DNA of 64,000 bases. Source: Camelus dromedarius. Lineage: Eukaryota. The notes under the pieces were generated by a model. It was not told the DNA's origin. It searched no databases and saw only the letters and a program-made list of their open reading frames with translations. Each line of letters opens with the position of its first letter. The stretch's first letter is position 1. The stretch lies in the NCBI RefSeq assembly GCF_036321535.1, contig NC_087437.1:72046001-72110000 (forward strand), in the 5' to 3' direction. A program made the translations under genes and the position numbers. This document shows positions 29,217-41,280 of the stretch, one piece after another.

Positions 29217-29939
29217 AGAAAGAACTCAGGGCTATCAAATATGAAACGTGAGTTTTACTCTCAGCTGTGTCACCAAGTCACTTTGGGACCTCAGGCAGAT
29301 CATGTAAGCCTTCTCTGCTTTAGTTTTGGCTGTGTCATCAGTCATTAAAATAAATGATCATCAAGAATTTTTGATAACATGACAAAATGTTCATGTCAAT
29401 ATAATATTAAACGGAAAAAATAGGTTATAGACTCGATTAAGGAACTTGCCTAGTATCATCAGACTAGTAACTGCCTAATAGAGATTCAATCCAAGGTCTC
29501 TTCAAGTGGTCTGTGCCCTCAAGTACCTGACTTCACTGTCTTAATCAAACTGATTCACTGGAAGGAAAGCTTGAGAAGAGGAAGAGGGAAAATATATATA
29601 GTTTACTATTTGGCAAGAGGCAAGATGGAACTGCTAACTTAAAGAAAAAAAAATGCATGTTGTTTACTTTTTTTCCTGTTTGCAATGTTTTCTTCCCTTT
29701 CCTAGAGAATTTTGCTTTGGGGTAGGAAATTCTTAGCATGTAGAAGAGTTTTTTTCCCCCTCAAACATAATCTAAATGTATATGAACAGTCACATTAAGG
29801 CAGTTGGTTTTTTGTTTTTTTTGGTAAGTTTAAACTCCAGATGTGTGGCAACTAAAGATGAGTGTTTGTTTGTAATTTGTTTTAAGTGACCATTCTAGAT
29901 CTTCAAACATGAAGGTGAATGGAAATAAATACCGAATTG

Positions 29940-30405
29940 GGATAGACAGAATAATGCCCCTTCCCAGGATGTCCATGCCCTAACCTCTGAAACTTGTAAA
30001 TATATAACTTACATGGGAAAAGGGACTTTGCAGATGTGATTAAGTTAAGGATTTTGAGATGGAGATATTATCCTGGATTATCTGGATTTTCCAGTGTAAT
30101 CACAAAAGTCTCTACAGGAGGGAGGCAGCAAGGTTACCATCAGAGGAGATGTGAAAAAGGAACAGGGTGAAGATGATGCAGCCACGAGACACAGAATTCA
30201 AGTAGCCCCTAGAAGCTGGAAAAGGCAGTAATAGATTATCTCCACTTGTCCAGAAAGAACACAGCCCTGCAAATACCTTGATTTTAGGCCTGTGAGATCT
30301 TGTTTGGACTTCAGACCTCTCAAACCATAAGATAATAAATCTGTGTTGTTTTAAGCCCCTCAGTTTGTAGTAATTTATTACAATAGGAATAGGAAAGTAA
30401 TGCAC
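29940..30405 (+). mobile_element. MLT1 (MLT1D-like) LTR about 0.6 kb upstream of the CD200R1 ATG
   Basis: cagaataatgcccc..gggactttgcagatgtgattaagttaagga..ataaatctgtgttgttttaagcc..gtaatttattaca..aggaaagtaatgca. Confidence 0.85.
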
Positions 30406-30659
30406 TTACGATGCTTCTAGATTTGTGTGCTGACTCCCATGATAGACAGTAATCACACAAGAATTTTCAGGGGAAAATCTTTCATTCCAAACTTGATTCC
30501 TAAGGCCCTATACTTCCTCAACCTGGAGAAAATTTCTAAAAGTTATCATGACTGAGAAATTTATGGGGATTGGCCAAATATAGATAAATATCCTGTTTTG
30601 CTTTTTAAACCAAGTTTAGACAAATCGGTTTATCTTACGCACGTTCTATGCCCTACTGT

Positions 30660-30999
30660 AAAGTTTATCTGTGTACAGCAGAAGTGAGAGGAGGACCAAT
30701 GAACTGAAAGATAACTCAATCAATCTGCTTCCTCCGTCAGTGCTTCAGTGCTTCATACAGGAAATCTACTGCTGTGTCAAGTTCCAGAGAAGAGTTTCTT
30801 CTTTTCCAAGTTACTAATCGGGCTGAAACACATAGAGTTGAAGGAAGGGGCAGGAGGAAGGGAGTGTTATGCTGCCAATGGGTTAAGAGGATCCAGCACA
30901 GAGAAGTCGACCAGAGAGAGCTTCACCATGTCCACAGTCCCTTTTACACCTGTGTGGAGGAACAGTACTGAGTGAAGGGCAGAAAAGAAGAACACAGAA
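30660..30999 (+). promoter_or_regulatory. CD200R1 proximal promoter and 5' UTR
   Basis: Non-CpG region immediately upstream of the ATG with several GGAA/TTCC ETS cores; resembles the recalled human CD200R1 leader. Confidence 0.6.
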
Positions 31000-31066
31000 A
31001 TGCCCTGCACTTGGATAGCTTCTGATCTACAGCTACTACTGCTTCTGACTCTCTTCTTAGTTGCTG
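31000..31066 (+). CDS. CD200R1: CD200R1 exon 1 (signal peptide)
   Basis: ATG CCC TGC.. MPCTWIASDLQLLLLLTLFLVA+G|gtaagt; 67 nt. Confidence 0.92.
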
Positions 31067-33169
31067 GTAAGTTTGAATTCTCTTTGGGAGGGTGACAGGA
31101 GAATGACCGGTGAGAAACCTGGTCTCAGCTTGCCCTGAGCTGTCTTTGCCTTTCTCAGGGAGCGATGCACGAGAAACGCAGTCGGAGATGTGGGGGAGGG
31201 GATTTCCTCCTAGACTTATTTCACTTTATTATTCTTATTTCCTCCTTGGCTTGCTTATTTTTCTTTGTATCCTACTACACTATACCCATTTCTATAATTG
31301 GCCCCACTGCCCACTTCCTTATTCCCCTACCCCCTTTTTCAAGCGAGGCAGAATAAATTAATTTCTAGCATCAATACAAGTTATCTGATGAAAACGGGGT
31401 TATCTTCATCTCCCCTTCTTAGAAAACTTGAATAATAATCCCAGCCCATTGATGTCCATATTGTTAACAGTATAAATTAGGAAGGTTTATTGCTTTCTTA
31501 TCACTTTTGATGACCAAATGCTTTTTAAAATTTAATTCATTCAGAAGTTGGCTGGTGCGTCTGTGATGGATGCCTGTATTTCTCTTTAACATGTGTGGGC
31601 TGTCAGACACGTTCTGAGTTAGAAGACCCAATCTTCAATATCTAGGTTCCTGCAGGAGTCTTGGCGAACTTGGGGCTATTGTGGGGGTGTCCTGATTTCA
31701 CTGTAGAGGGCTGGTAGGAGTTGATGTGGGAGGGAGTTTTCAGGTTTCACTTTTAGTAGATGGGAGCAGCTGCAGGGAAACATTTGATTTCAAATTTTAT
31801 AGTTTGGTAATTGGAAGAAGAAAAGGTATCTTTTTCTCATACAAATGCTTTTAAAATATTGTCTGTCTTGCAGCAAAACATCTGTTTTTCCACATGTTAA
31901 TCTTACTGGTGAGCACACATAAAGTAACTATACTGCGCTACTGTACTTTTCTACGGAGAATTTTCACATACTTTTCTCCTTTGATCTGCTCAGCAACCCA
32001 GTGAAGTAGGCATAGAAGACATTTCTCCATTTTACAAAGATAGAACCCGAAGCATAGAGAGGTGAAATGATTTGTCCAAAGTATACACTACTAGTATACG
32101 ACAGAGTCACACCCAGTAATAATGTACATCTGTAAGTATCACTAAACAACTGAATAGGCAATTTCCCTCAATATTTAGCCATTATGCTTTTCACTAACAA
32201 GCACCACTAACCCAATACTCAATCATAAACTGAATGAAGTATTTACTCACTTAAAAAAGTGCAAATGGTCTTAATCTTTCAATAATTGAGATCTTGTTGT
32301 AGAAAGTTCCTACAGAAACTTGTGCAGGACCCAACTTGGCAGGGAATGTCAGCTAGGCAGGGAGCCATTTGTGTCAAATTCCACTATGACTTTGGGGTAA
32401 AGGAAAAAATGATCAAGATTAAAACATAATCAGTAATTTTGAATTTAATGGTTTAAAGGTTTGAATTTTAAAACTATTTCTAATCACAACTATGCAGGAG
32501 ATGCTACAAATATCAAATCTCTGAAGTTTATACTTAGGTAATGATAATGTTATTGCAATTTTAGGATAAAGATATAAAAATGTAAATTATTTCATGTGCA
32601 ATGATTTGTCATGATAAATTCAGCATGATATAATTCAGAAAAATGAAACTGCTTGGGGCATGAGTTTATGCCTTTATTACTAATACTGCTTTGTTATTAA
32701 TACTGCCAAAGAGAAATAACTCCCTTATACAAGATAAATTCACAAAGAAGAACGAGAGCTAGTGACTTCAATGTAAAACATATTATTTTAAAAATCCATT
32801 TTTAATTTACTTATTTGTTTATAACTTCAATAAGTGTGGTAACTGGTAGACAAGATTTATTAAGAAAATACCTGAGAGGAAAAAATAAAAACAACCTTAA
32901 TCATCCACTGGAGAGTAAAGCTCTCCAGCCCTGTGTCTGGTCCCTTTCGCTCATACTCCCTTCGCCTCAAGACACTTTTTTCTCCTTATTTTATTCTATT
33001 GTATTCTAGATTTTTCTCTTGTGTTCAAATTATATTTTGATATCCCTATCAAAATGATTCTATTTTTTATAAAAGTTACTGATACTGAGACTGTGAGTTA
33101 CTGGAAAGGAATCCTCCACTTTTTTTTTTTTCCTTCTTTAGGCTAATTTTCACCACTTATCATTGTCTT

Positions 33170-33183
33170 CCACTAGGGGGCAG
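33170..33183 (+). promoter_or_regulatory. Candidate CTCF site in CD200R1 intron 1
   Basis: CCACTAGGGGGCAG is a full match to the CCASYAGRKGGCRS core. Confidence 0.65.
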
Positions 33184-34021
33184 GCAGTAATCAGAAGAGA
33201 TAAAAATCAGGCAGGGCTGTTTGGTAGCTTCAGCAGGTTTGCAAAAGATGGAAAAAGAGATTAAAAGCAATTGTGAAAAAGAAGGGTTTGTTCTTATTAA
33301 TTTTAGTCCTTTCTTCCTTTCCTGATTTGTGATAGGTGTGAATTTACACATATAATTTTGGGGTGTGTTTTCCTCCAAGCATCCATGATTAAGCAATTAA
33401 CAAATGAATTAAAAGTCTTTATTAAGAATTCTGAGTGCGTATGGTGTGTGTGTGTGTGTGTGCGCGTGTGAATAGTACTTAAAAATTATTAGCAATCTAA
33501 ATTGGAGAGATCAAACTAAGATGAAACACATTGAAAACATTTTAAATCAGTTACTTTTGAAACTGTCTATGAATCTAGTAAAAATCCAAAGATGGGAGAA
33601 ATTATGGTGGGTTGGAGTTGTTGAAGGCTTTATGGAGGAGATGGGTCTTGAGCTGGGCCTTGAATGATAGGTTTGGATAGATGGGGAAAGGCAGAGACAT
33701 AAATTGGGAGGAGGGGATGTGCAGCATGATGAAGGGCAAGGTTATTTAGGGAGAGAAGGAACTCTAGCTTGATGGAACAGAGATGTGTGTCATATGAGCA
33801 CAGAAAATAAGGCTGAATTTCAGGGGTTCTTGATTGTTAAACAGAGGAACTTGGATACTGTGCAGTAGGCAATGAGGAGTCATCTGTTGTTTTCTGAACA
33901 GGAAAATAATATAATAAAGCAATCTTGGTAAAGATTTATTTTGAAGTAGGGAGTCAAGAGCTCCTAGCCTTGGGTTTCCATTTTAGGAAGGCCTATGATA
34001 ACATTAAAAGACACTGGTGCC

Positions 34022-34080
34022 TTTTAACAACTTCCTCTGCAAAGAAAGGGGAAGTTTCTTTGCAGAGGAAGTTGTTAAAA
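34022..34080. repeat. Perfect inverted repeat: 26-bp stem, 7-nt loop
   Basis: ttttaacaacttcctctgcaaagaaa-ggggaag-tttctttgcagaggaagttgttaaaa. Confidence 0.97.
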
Positions 34081-35149
34081 TCAGTAGAGAGGGCAAATAA
34101 CTAGGAGGAAAATTCCTATGAGTACTTGGAAGTAGAGGACAATCCAGGATTTGTGAACTATTCATGGAGTGGTGGATCCCATAAACAGAGTACACAGAGA
34201 TAAAAATAATAGAATAAGCTCTAGGGGTTTTTCAATTTGGATCCTAGGAGTGATAGTTATCTCTTCGTCTCTATAACAGAGAGCAAGATCTGAGAAGAGA
34301 TGGGAAGGGTGACAATCTGGGGTATAAATGGAGTGTTTCACCTTAAATAAGAGAACAGAAACTCTTCCAAAATTGAGTAGGGTGAGAAGTTGGAGATAGG
34401 GATGCTAACAGGTTGAAGATAGAGTTAAGGAGATGGGAAAAAATGAGAGCGTTTCATAGTAGGTAAATTCCCTCCCCAAAAGATAGTGAGTATTTTGCTT
34501 AATGGTGCTAGTTAATAAAATAACTCAGTTGTCATTTGGTTTTCTGTTGTACCTGAAAAATCAATCTGTCAGTGAGTAAAATGCAGTAACAATTAATATA
34601 CTCTTGCCTCTTTCCTCTTGTTGTCATCAACATTTATAATTACTGAGTGGGATTAGGGATCAGATCCGTGGTTATGAAATGACTTAGGACTGTGTGATGC
34701 TAATTGCTCCTAAGAATCAAGCCCATAACCATCACTTTTTTATAGTTATAAACTTTAAAATTAGAGTTTTGAGCAGAGAATGTTTATTAGGGAAGTCTCT
34801 GGGAAGAAATACCTGGAAAGAAGTCCACCTGCAATCTCAGCCACGACACCCTCATCTGACCCCATGGGGGACTCTGGGGTTAGAACGACCCCAGAGAGGC
34901 TCTGCATTGAAACCAAAGGGGTGGGCCTCTACACCTCGAAATCAGTCAGTGGATGTGGGCTGCCCTGGGGAAGGTCTGACTTTGGGTGAAAGAGACGAGG
35001 TGACCTCTGAAGACGTGGAGCACTGACGGCTGTCTGCTGAGAGTGCTCCCAGCAGCAGGAGCAAAACGTCGTTCCCCGAATAGGATGCTGGGTGCATATC
35101 CCACATCCACCATAACTACCATTTCCAATGCTCGTCATTCTTTTCTGAA

Positions 35150-36560
35150 TTTCTGAATTTCTGTCTGGTATTATTTCCCTTCAACCTAAATAATTTCTGT
35201 TACCATCACTTCTAGTGTAGGTCTGCTGGGGAAGAGTTCTCTTAGTTTCCTTTTATCTGTATATGCTCCATTCTTGCATATTTATTCTTGCATACTTTTG
35301 CTGGATATAGAGTTCTGGGTTTTTCTTTCAGCACTTTAAAAATGTTGTTTCACCATTTCTGATGAGAAGCTCACAGATACTCAAATCATTGTTCCCCTGA
35401 CTATAATGTGTCATTTTTCTCTAGCTGCTTAAAGGTTTTTTTCTCTTTATTGTTGGTTTTCACCACATATCATGTGTCTATGTATGGTTATTTTTATATT
35501 TATCCTGCTTGAGTATTACTGAGATTCTTAAATCTGTAAATGTATGCTTTTCGGCAAATTTGGGGAAAATTTTAATCACTATTTTCTTCAAATGTTTTTA
35601 TCTGCCAACTTTCTATGTTAGAAGTTCTGCTACTTCATTGCAGGTCCCTATGGCTATTATGGGCTTTTTTTCCTGTCTTTTATGTTCTCTCTGCTCTTCA
35701 AATTGGATGATTTCTATTGATATATTTTAAGTTTGTTATTTCTATTCTTCTGTTACAGTCATCCAGGCCATATTTTATTTCAGGTATTGTATTTTCTAAT
35801 TTTAGAATTTCCATTTATTTTGTAACTTTTTTTTCTGTTGAGATTTTCCTGTCTTTTCATTCATTGTGAGCTTATTTTCTTTTATATCACCGAGCATAGT
35901 TTAATATCTACTTTATGGTCCTTATCTGATAATTGCAATATCTAGGTCAATTTGAGGTTGGTCTCCCTGTAATATTTTCTTTTCTCCTATGAATGGGCCA
36001 CATTTTCCTGATTCTCGATAGTTTGAGTAATTTTATTTATATTGTGAATATTACATCTTAGATACTTTGCATTTTGTTATATTTGTTGATTTTTTTTCCC
36101 CAGAAAACATTTAACTTTGTGGAACTCAAACTAAAAACTATCTCTTGGACAGTGTTTTAAATCTCAGTGCTTCTACCTTTAGCTGGTTGGCTTCAAGTGT
36201 GCCCAGCCATGAGGGGCTTGGGATCAGCCAGCGGTATGAGTACAGTTTATACACACAATTTAGAGCTCTAGCTCTCTGCCTCTCTCAATTTCAAGAGACC
36301 AAGGTTGCCCTGAAATCTATTTGTTCTTCAGAAAACCACTAGTTTTCTAACAGGGAGCTTCAGCTGTCCAGTGTCATGCCAGTTGCAGTCTTTCCTGAGA
36401 CAAGAAGTGGTAAATATGGGAACCCACGCCTCCAAACCTGAGCCATTTCCTTCTTTCAAGGATTGATACCCCTCAAGAATCTTCTTGCTTTTTACACTGT
36501 TCAGTGGCTTCAGATAGGTTTGTTTTTTTTTAATTCTGTCTAGAATCTGTGGTTACATGT
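35150..36560 (-). mobile_element. Old L1 5'/ORF1-region fragment
   Basis: T-rich with L1 antisense motifs (tttgctggatatagagttctgggtt; aaatttggggaaaattttaatcactatt). Confidence 0.6.
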
Positions 36561-37284
36561 GGAACCTTACTTGTCCATCAATGAAGTGGAATTTTCTTCA
36601 AGTCTATGTCTTTTTAATATCATTGTGTTTTTACCAACTGATATTGACTTGATTAGTTGTATTTTCTCAGATATTGAAATTGAATATATTATATTATTAA
36701 ATACTCTTTTTCTTTCTGAATTGCATCTATGCATTGAATGTTTTGGTGCTTTTCATTTTTCTCAATAAAATATCACTCTCCTTTCTCCAGTATTTTAGAT
36801 TCCTATATATCCTTCTGTATTGGGTTTAAGGGTCTGTCATGAGACTTAGTTCTAACCACTAGCTATGTCATCTTTAAGAAACTACTTGCCCCATTTAAAC
36901 ACTAATTTCCTCATTTGTGAAATAAAGGCGTTGCATCACATTCTTGAGAAGTTTAGAGTTTTCAGACAAGAAGGATTTTACAAACCTTCAAATTAAATTC
37001 TTTTATTTTATACATGGGCAAATAAAGCCCAGAAATGTTTAAGGAATTACCAAAGATTCCACCTAACTTTTTAGTGGATGAGCTGAGCTTAGAAATCCTC
37101 CATAACACCAAAAATAGAGGAGAAAAGAGATGTGGCAAGTTATATGTGGGAAACTCTATGATTTCTAGATGAGATATACTTGAAATAACATCAAGAATTT
37201 GAGCAGAGAGAAACAGCAGCTTAAGGGTTGTGATTCTTGTTTAGGAAAAATAAGTCAAAGCTAACATGTGAGCTAGTTTTCTGT

Positions 37285-38110
37285 CCGTCAATAAGCAAGG
37301 GGGTGTCTGCCATGTGTTGGACACTCTGCTTCATGCTGCAGACACTTGAAAAAGACAGACATAGATCCTGCTGTCCTAGAGCTTAGAATCTGGTAGGAAA
37401 AATAGATATTAAATAAATCATTGCAAATAAATAATATAATAATTGTCAAGAGAAATGTAGGGTGACACAGAAATGTGCAATTGGGAAGGCTGATCTGATC
37501 TGAGGATCAGGGAAGGCTTCCCTGTGGAAGTGATGTTTAAGTTGAAAATCAGCAGAAAACAGCTAGGCAAAGAGAGTTGAGTAGACAAACATTCCAGGCA
37601 GTCAAACAGCCCGTGTGAAGGACAGAGGGAGCTAAACTGTGACTGAAGTGGTAAAACAAGGAGAAATCAACAGTACAGAGGTCCAGCTGAAGTTCTGAGG
37701 GTAGGGGAGAATGGAATGGTAAGGGAAGGTATAAATAAAAAGAGGGGCAGGCAAGACTTCAGGGCACACCTTCATTAAGGTGCCAGAGGAGACAGTTTGG
37801 CTTACAGAGAAGGCAGAGGAGGAGACAGGCGGGGAAGCAGAAGGTAGTAGCAGAGGTGAAGGAAGGGGTTTTAGAAGGAGAGGAAAGTGGTTAATAGCAT
37901 CAAGATATGCCAAGCAACGCAGGAACACAAGCACTGCAGAAAGGCCAGAAGTTTGACTGGAAAGGGGCTGGTGACCTTCAAATTTGTGGTTTGAACAGAA
38001 GGGTGTAATAACCACAAGATTGCTGACATCAAGGAGAGAATGAGCGGGGAGGAAACTGAGGCTGTTGGCTCAGACCACTCATTCTAGAAGTTTGGCAGCA
38101 AAGAAAGGAG
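37285..38110 (-). mobile_element. L2 LINE fragment
   Basis: Purine-rich with L2 motifs (agggaaggcttccctgtggaagtgatgtttaagttga; cattccaggcag). Confidence 0.6.
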
Positions 38111-38629
38111 AAAGGATCAGAGCTAGAAGGAAAAAGCAGCATCTATTTTTTTTTTCTATCAACATAAGGGAAGCCCCAGTGTGTTCAAAGGGTGTCATTT
38201 GAGAATATTCAGTGATTTGGTTAAGATATTTTTCGCAATAGGGTGTGTGCATAAGTAGTTTAAAACTGCTTAGTGATTTCTTTTCTTTGTTCTTGCCATT
38301 TTGTTACTTTACCATGAAATACTATGCCATCTTTCCCCAAGGTTTCTCTACTGCATACTACGGAAATATCCAGTTATATGATTTATGTTGTGGTATTGAC
38401 AAATTTTTGAAAAATGTTCAAGTAGTAGATAGTGATAGATTCAAAATCATTAAATCTAGTTGTTCTTATTCTCCAAAAAATCATTCTATCCGCCCTTCAT
38501 TGGCTCCTTCCTAGACGTTCCCCCTAGGGGAAATGGGTTGGTCTAAGCCAGTAATGTTAAGCCAGTTGCTGGAGTCACCTGCAGAGCCTAAAATATTATA
38601 GATACAGTGGTGCTATCTCAAGCCTACTT

Positions 38630-39438
38630 TTTTTTAAAGAGGTACAGTCAGTTTACAATGTTGTGTCAATTTCTGGTATACAGCGCAATGCTTCAGTCAT
38701 ACATGAATATACATATATTTATTTTCATATTCTTTTTCACCATAAGCTATTACAAGATATTGAATATAGTTCCCTGTGCTATACAGTATAAACTTGTTTA
38801 TCTATTTTATATATATTGGTCAGTATCTACAGATCTTGAACTCCCAGTTTATCCCTTCCCACCCACTTCCCCTCTGGTAACCATAAGTTTGTTTTCTATG
38901 TCTGTGAGTCTGTTTCTGTTTTGTAAATAAGTTCATTTGTCTTTTTTTTAAGATTCCACATACAAGTGATATCATATGGTATTTATCTTTCTCTTTCTGG
39001 CTTACTTCACTTAGAATGACATTCTCCAGGGACATTCATGTTGCTGCAAATGGCATTATTTTATCATTTTTATGGCTGAGTAGTATTCCATTCTATAAAT
39101 ATACCACATCTTCTTTATCCAGTCATCTGTCGATGGATATTTAGGCTGTCTCCATGTCTTGGCTATTGTAAATAGTGCTGCTATGAACATTGGGGTGCAG
39201 CTGTCTTTCTAAATTAAGGTTCCCTCTTGGATATGTGCCCAGGAGTGGGATTGTTGGATCATATGATAAGTCTATTTTTAGTCTTTTGAGGAGTTTCCAT
39301 ACTGTTTTCCACAATGGCTGCACCAAACTGCATTCCCACCAGCAGTGTAGTAGGGTTCCCTTTTCTCCACACCCTCTCCAGCATTAATCATTTGTGGACT
39401 TTTGAATGATGGCCATTCTGACTGGTGTGAGGTGACTG
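38630..39438 (-). mobile_element. Young lineage-specific L1 3' end, 5'-truncated, with 10-bp TSD
   Basis: ORF2-C-terminal-like peptides ([10 protein letters not shown]..; LENVILSEVSQKEKDKYHMISL); TSD aagcctactt at 38620-38629 and 39439-39448. Confidence 0.92.
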
Positions 39439-40979
39439 AAGCCTACTTAATCAGCCCTTTCAGGATCTAGAGTCTGGGCATGTGGACTTTCACAAATCTC
39501 TGCAGGTGCTTCTGATGGGAGCCAGGATTAAGAACACTGTCCTGGGTCTTTCTTCATCACCCAGACTATCCGTTAACCCAAATCTACAGGCTGTTGTAGA
39601 TCTGCAGATGGCTGCTCACCTCTAGATTTACCCATCATCCAATGCGGACTTTAACTTCTCCAAAGGATAAGGTTTGAAGGCAGAGACCTTGCCTTATTCA
39701 TCCTACCATCCCCAGAGCTCTGCACAGCTTCCTGATGCTGAGTGGTTATACTCAGAAAATGTTTGTCAACCTGTCCTTCCTCAAAATGTCTCTTGTACCT
39801 GTAACCACTCTTGCCCTTCCTGCTTCTCTCTAGAGGCCAGCATCAGTCTTTTCAAAAGCAAACCTCCACTTTGCTTTTGTCTCATCTCCTCCCACCACCT
39901 CTAGGATCCTGCTTTACCAGTTAGTCTACTTCATTCTTGTTAACTTCAAACTATCCCTCTTTCTGTCTACAAATATGCTGTGTTCTCCTTTCTTCTTTTC
40001 TTTTTTAAATTTAAGTATAGTTGATTTACAATGTTATGTTAGTTTCTAATGTATAGCATAGTAATTCATCTGTACATATATATATATGGATGTTACAAGC
40101 TACTGAATATAGTTCTCTGTGCTATACAATAGGACCTTGTTGTTTTTCCTCTTCTTAAATACCCTGTCAGTCCTCATAGTTCTAGATACTGCCCCATCTC
40201 TCTCTTTCAGGATTGACATGAAAAGATAAAACCACTGTCTCATTCTCCCATACTTTCAAAGTGAAAATTCCTGAAAGAACAAGTCTATATTTGTTGACAA
40301 TTGCTTCTGGTTGGCCCCTTGCAATCTGTTCTGCTCCTCCCCCTGTGCTAACACTACTCTCTTACAGCTCCTGAACGACTCTGATGACCTTCTTGTTAGC
40401 AAATCTTAAAGCTTCTTAGTTCTTACTCTAAAACTTTTCACACATGATTTGATCTTGGCTATGCTTGTCTTGAAATCTCCTCTTTCCCTGGCTTTAAGAT
40501 GCTGCATTTACTTTTCTTCATTTTTGCTAACTCCACTTCCTCCAACAGAGCCCTAATTTAAAATGTTTTCAAGACTCTAGTTTTGGCTTCTCTAATTTCC
40601 ACGTCAGAGACAGCAATTTGGCAGCCCATGGACTGGATCTGGCTTACAGATGCTTTTACTCAGCACACACAATATTTTTTAAAGTTTGAATTAGTTGCTA
40701 ATATTTTTAAATTGGGAGATTTTACTCAAAACCACTGACTTAGTGTCTAGGGTTGCTGTGAGGATTAAGTTTAATAATGTATATAAAGCACTTAACACTA
40801 TATCTTAATTTTACAAGTATTTAAAACATGATACTTTATCATTTTGCAGTTTCCTTTCATAGATATTATTTCATAACTTATTTAACTAGTCCCTGCAGAT
40901 CAACTTTTTGTTGTCTCTAGTTTTTTTTTTTTTTCCCCTTGGAATTAAAAACTATGCTGGGATTAATATCCTAGTACAC

Positions 40980-41280
40980 AGGGCATACCTTGGAGGTATT
41001 GTGGGTTTGATTCCAGACCACCACAATAAAGTGAACATCTCAACACAATGAGTCACACAAACTTTTTGGTTTCCCACTGTATGCAAAAGTTGTATCTACA
41101 CTATGCTGTAGTCTATTAGTGTGCAATAGCATTCTGTCTAAAAACCAATGTACATATCTTAATTAAACAATATTTTATTATTAAAACATGCTAACCATCA
41201 TTTGACAATGCAGGGCTGCCACAAACCTTCAATTTGTAAAAATCACAATAAAGTGAAGTACAATAGGAGGGATGCCTGTA
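40980..41280 (+). mobile_element. Internally deleted Tigger1-like DNA transposon
   Basis: TIR-like ends (ggcatacctt ... ggatgcctgta) and Tigger1 motif ttccagaccaccacaataaag. Confidence 0.8.
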
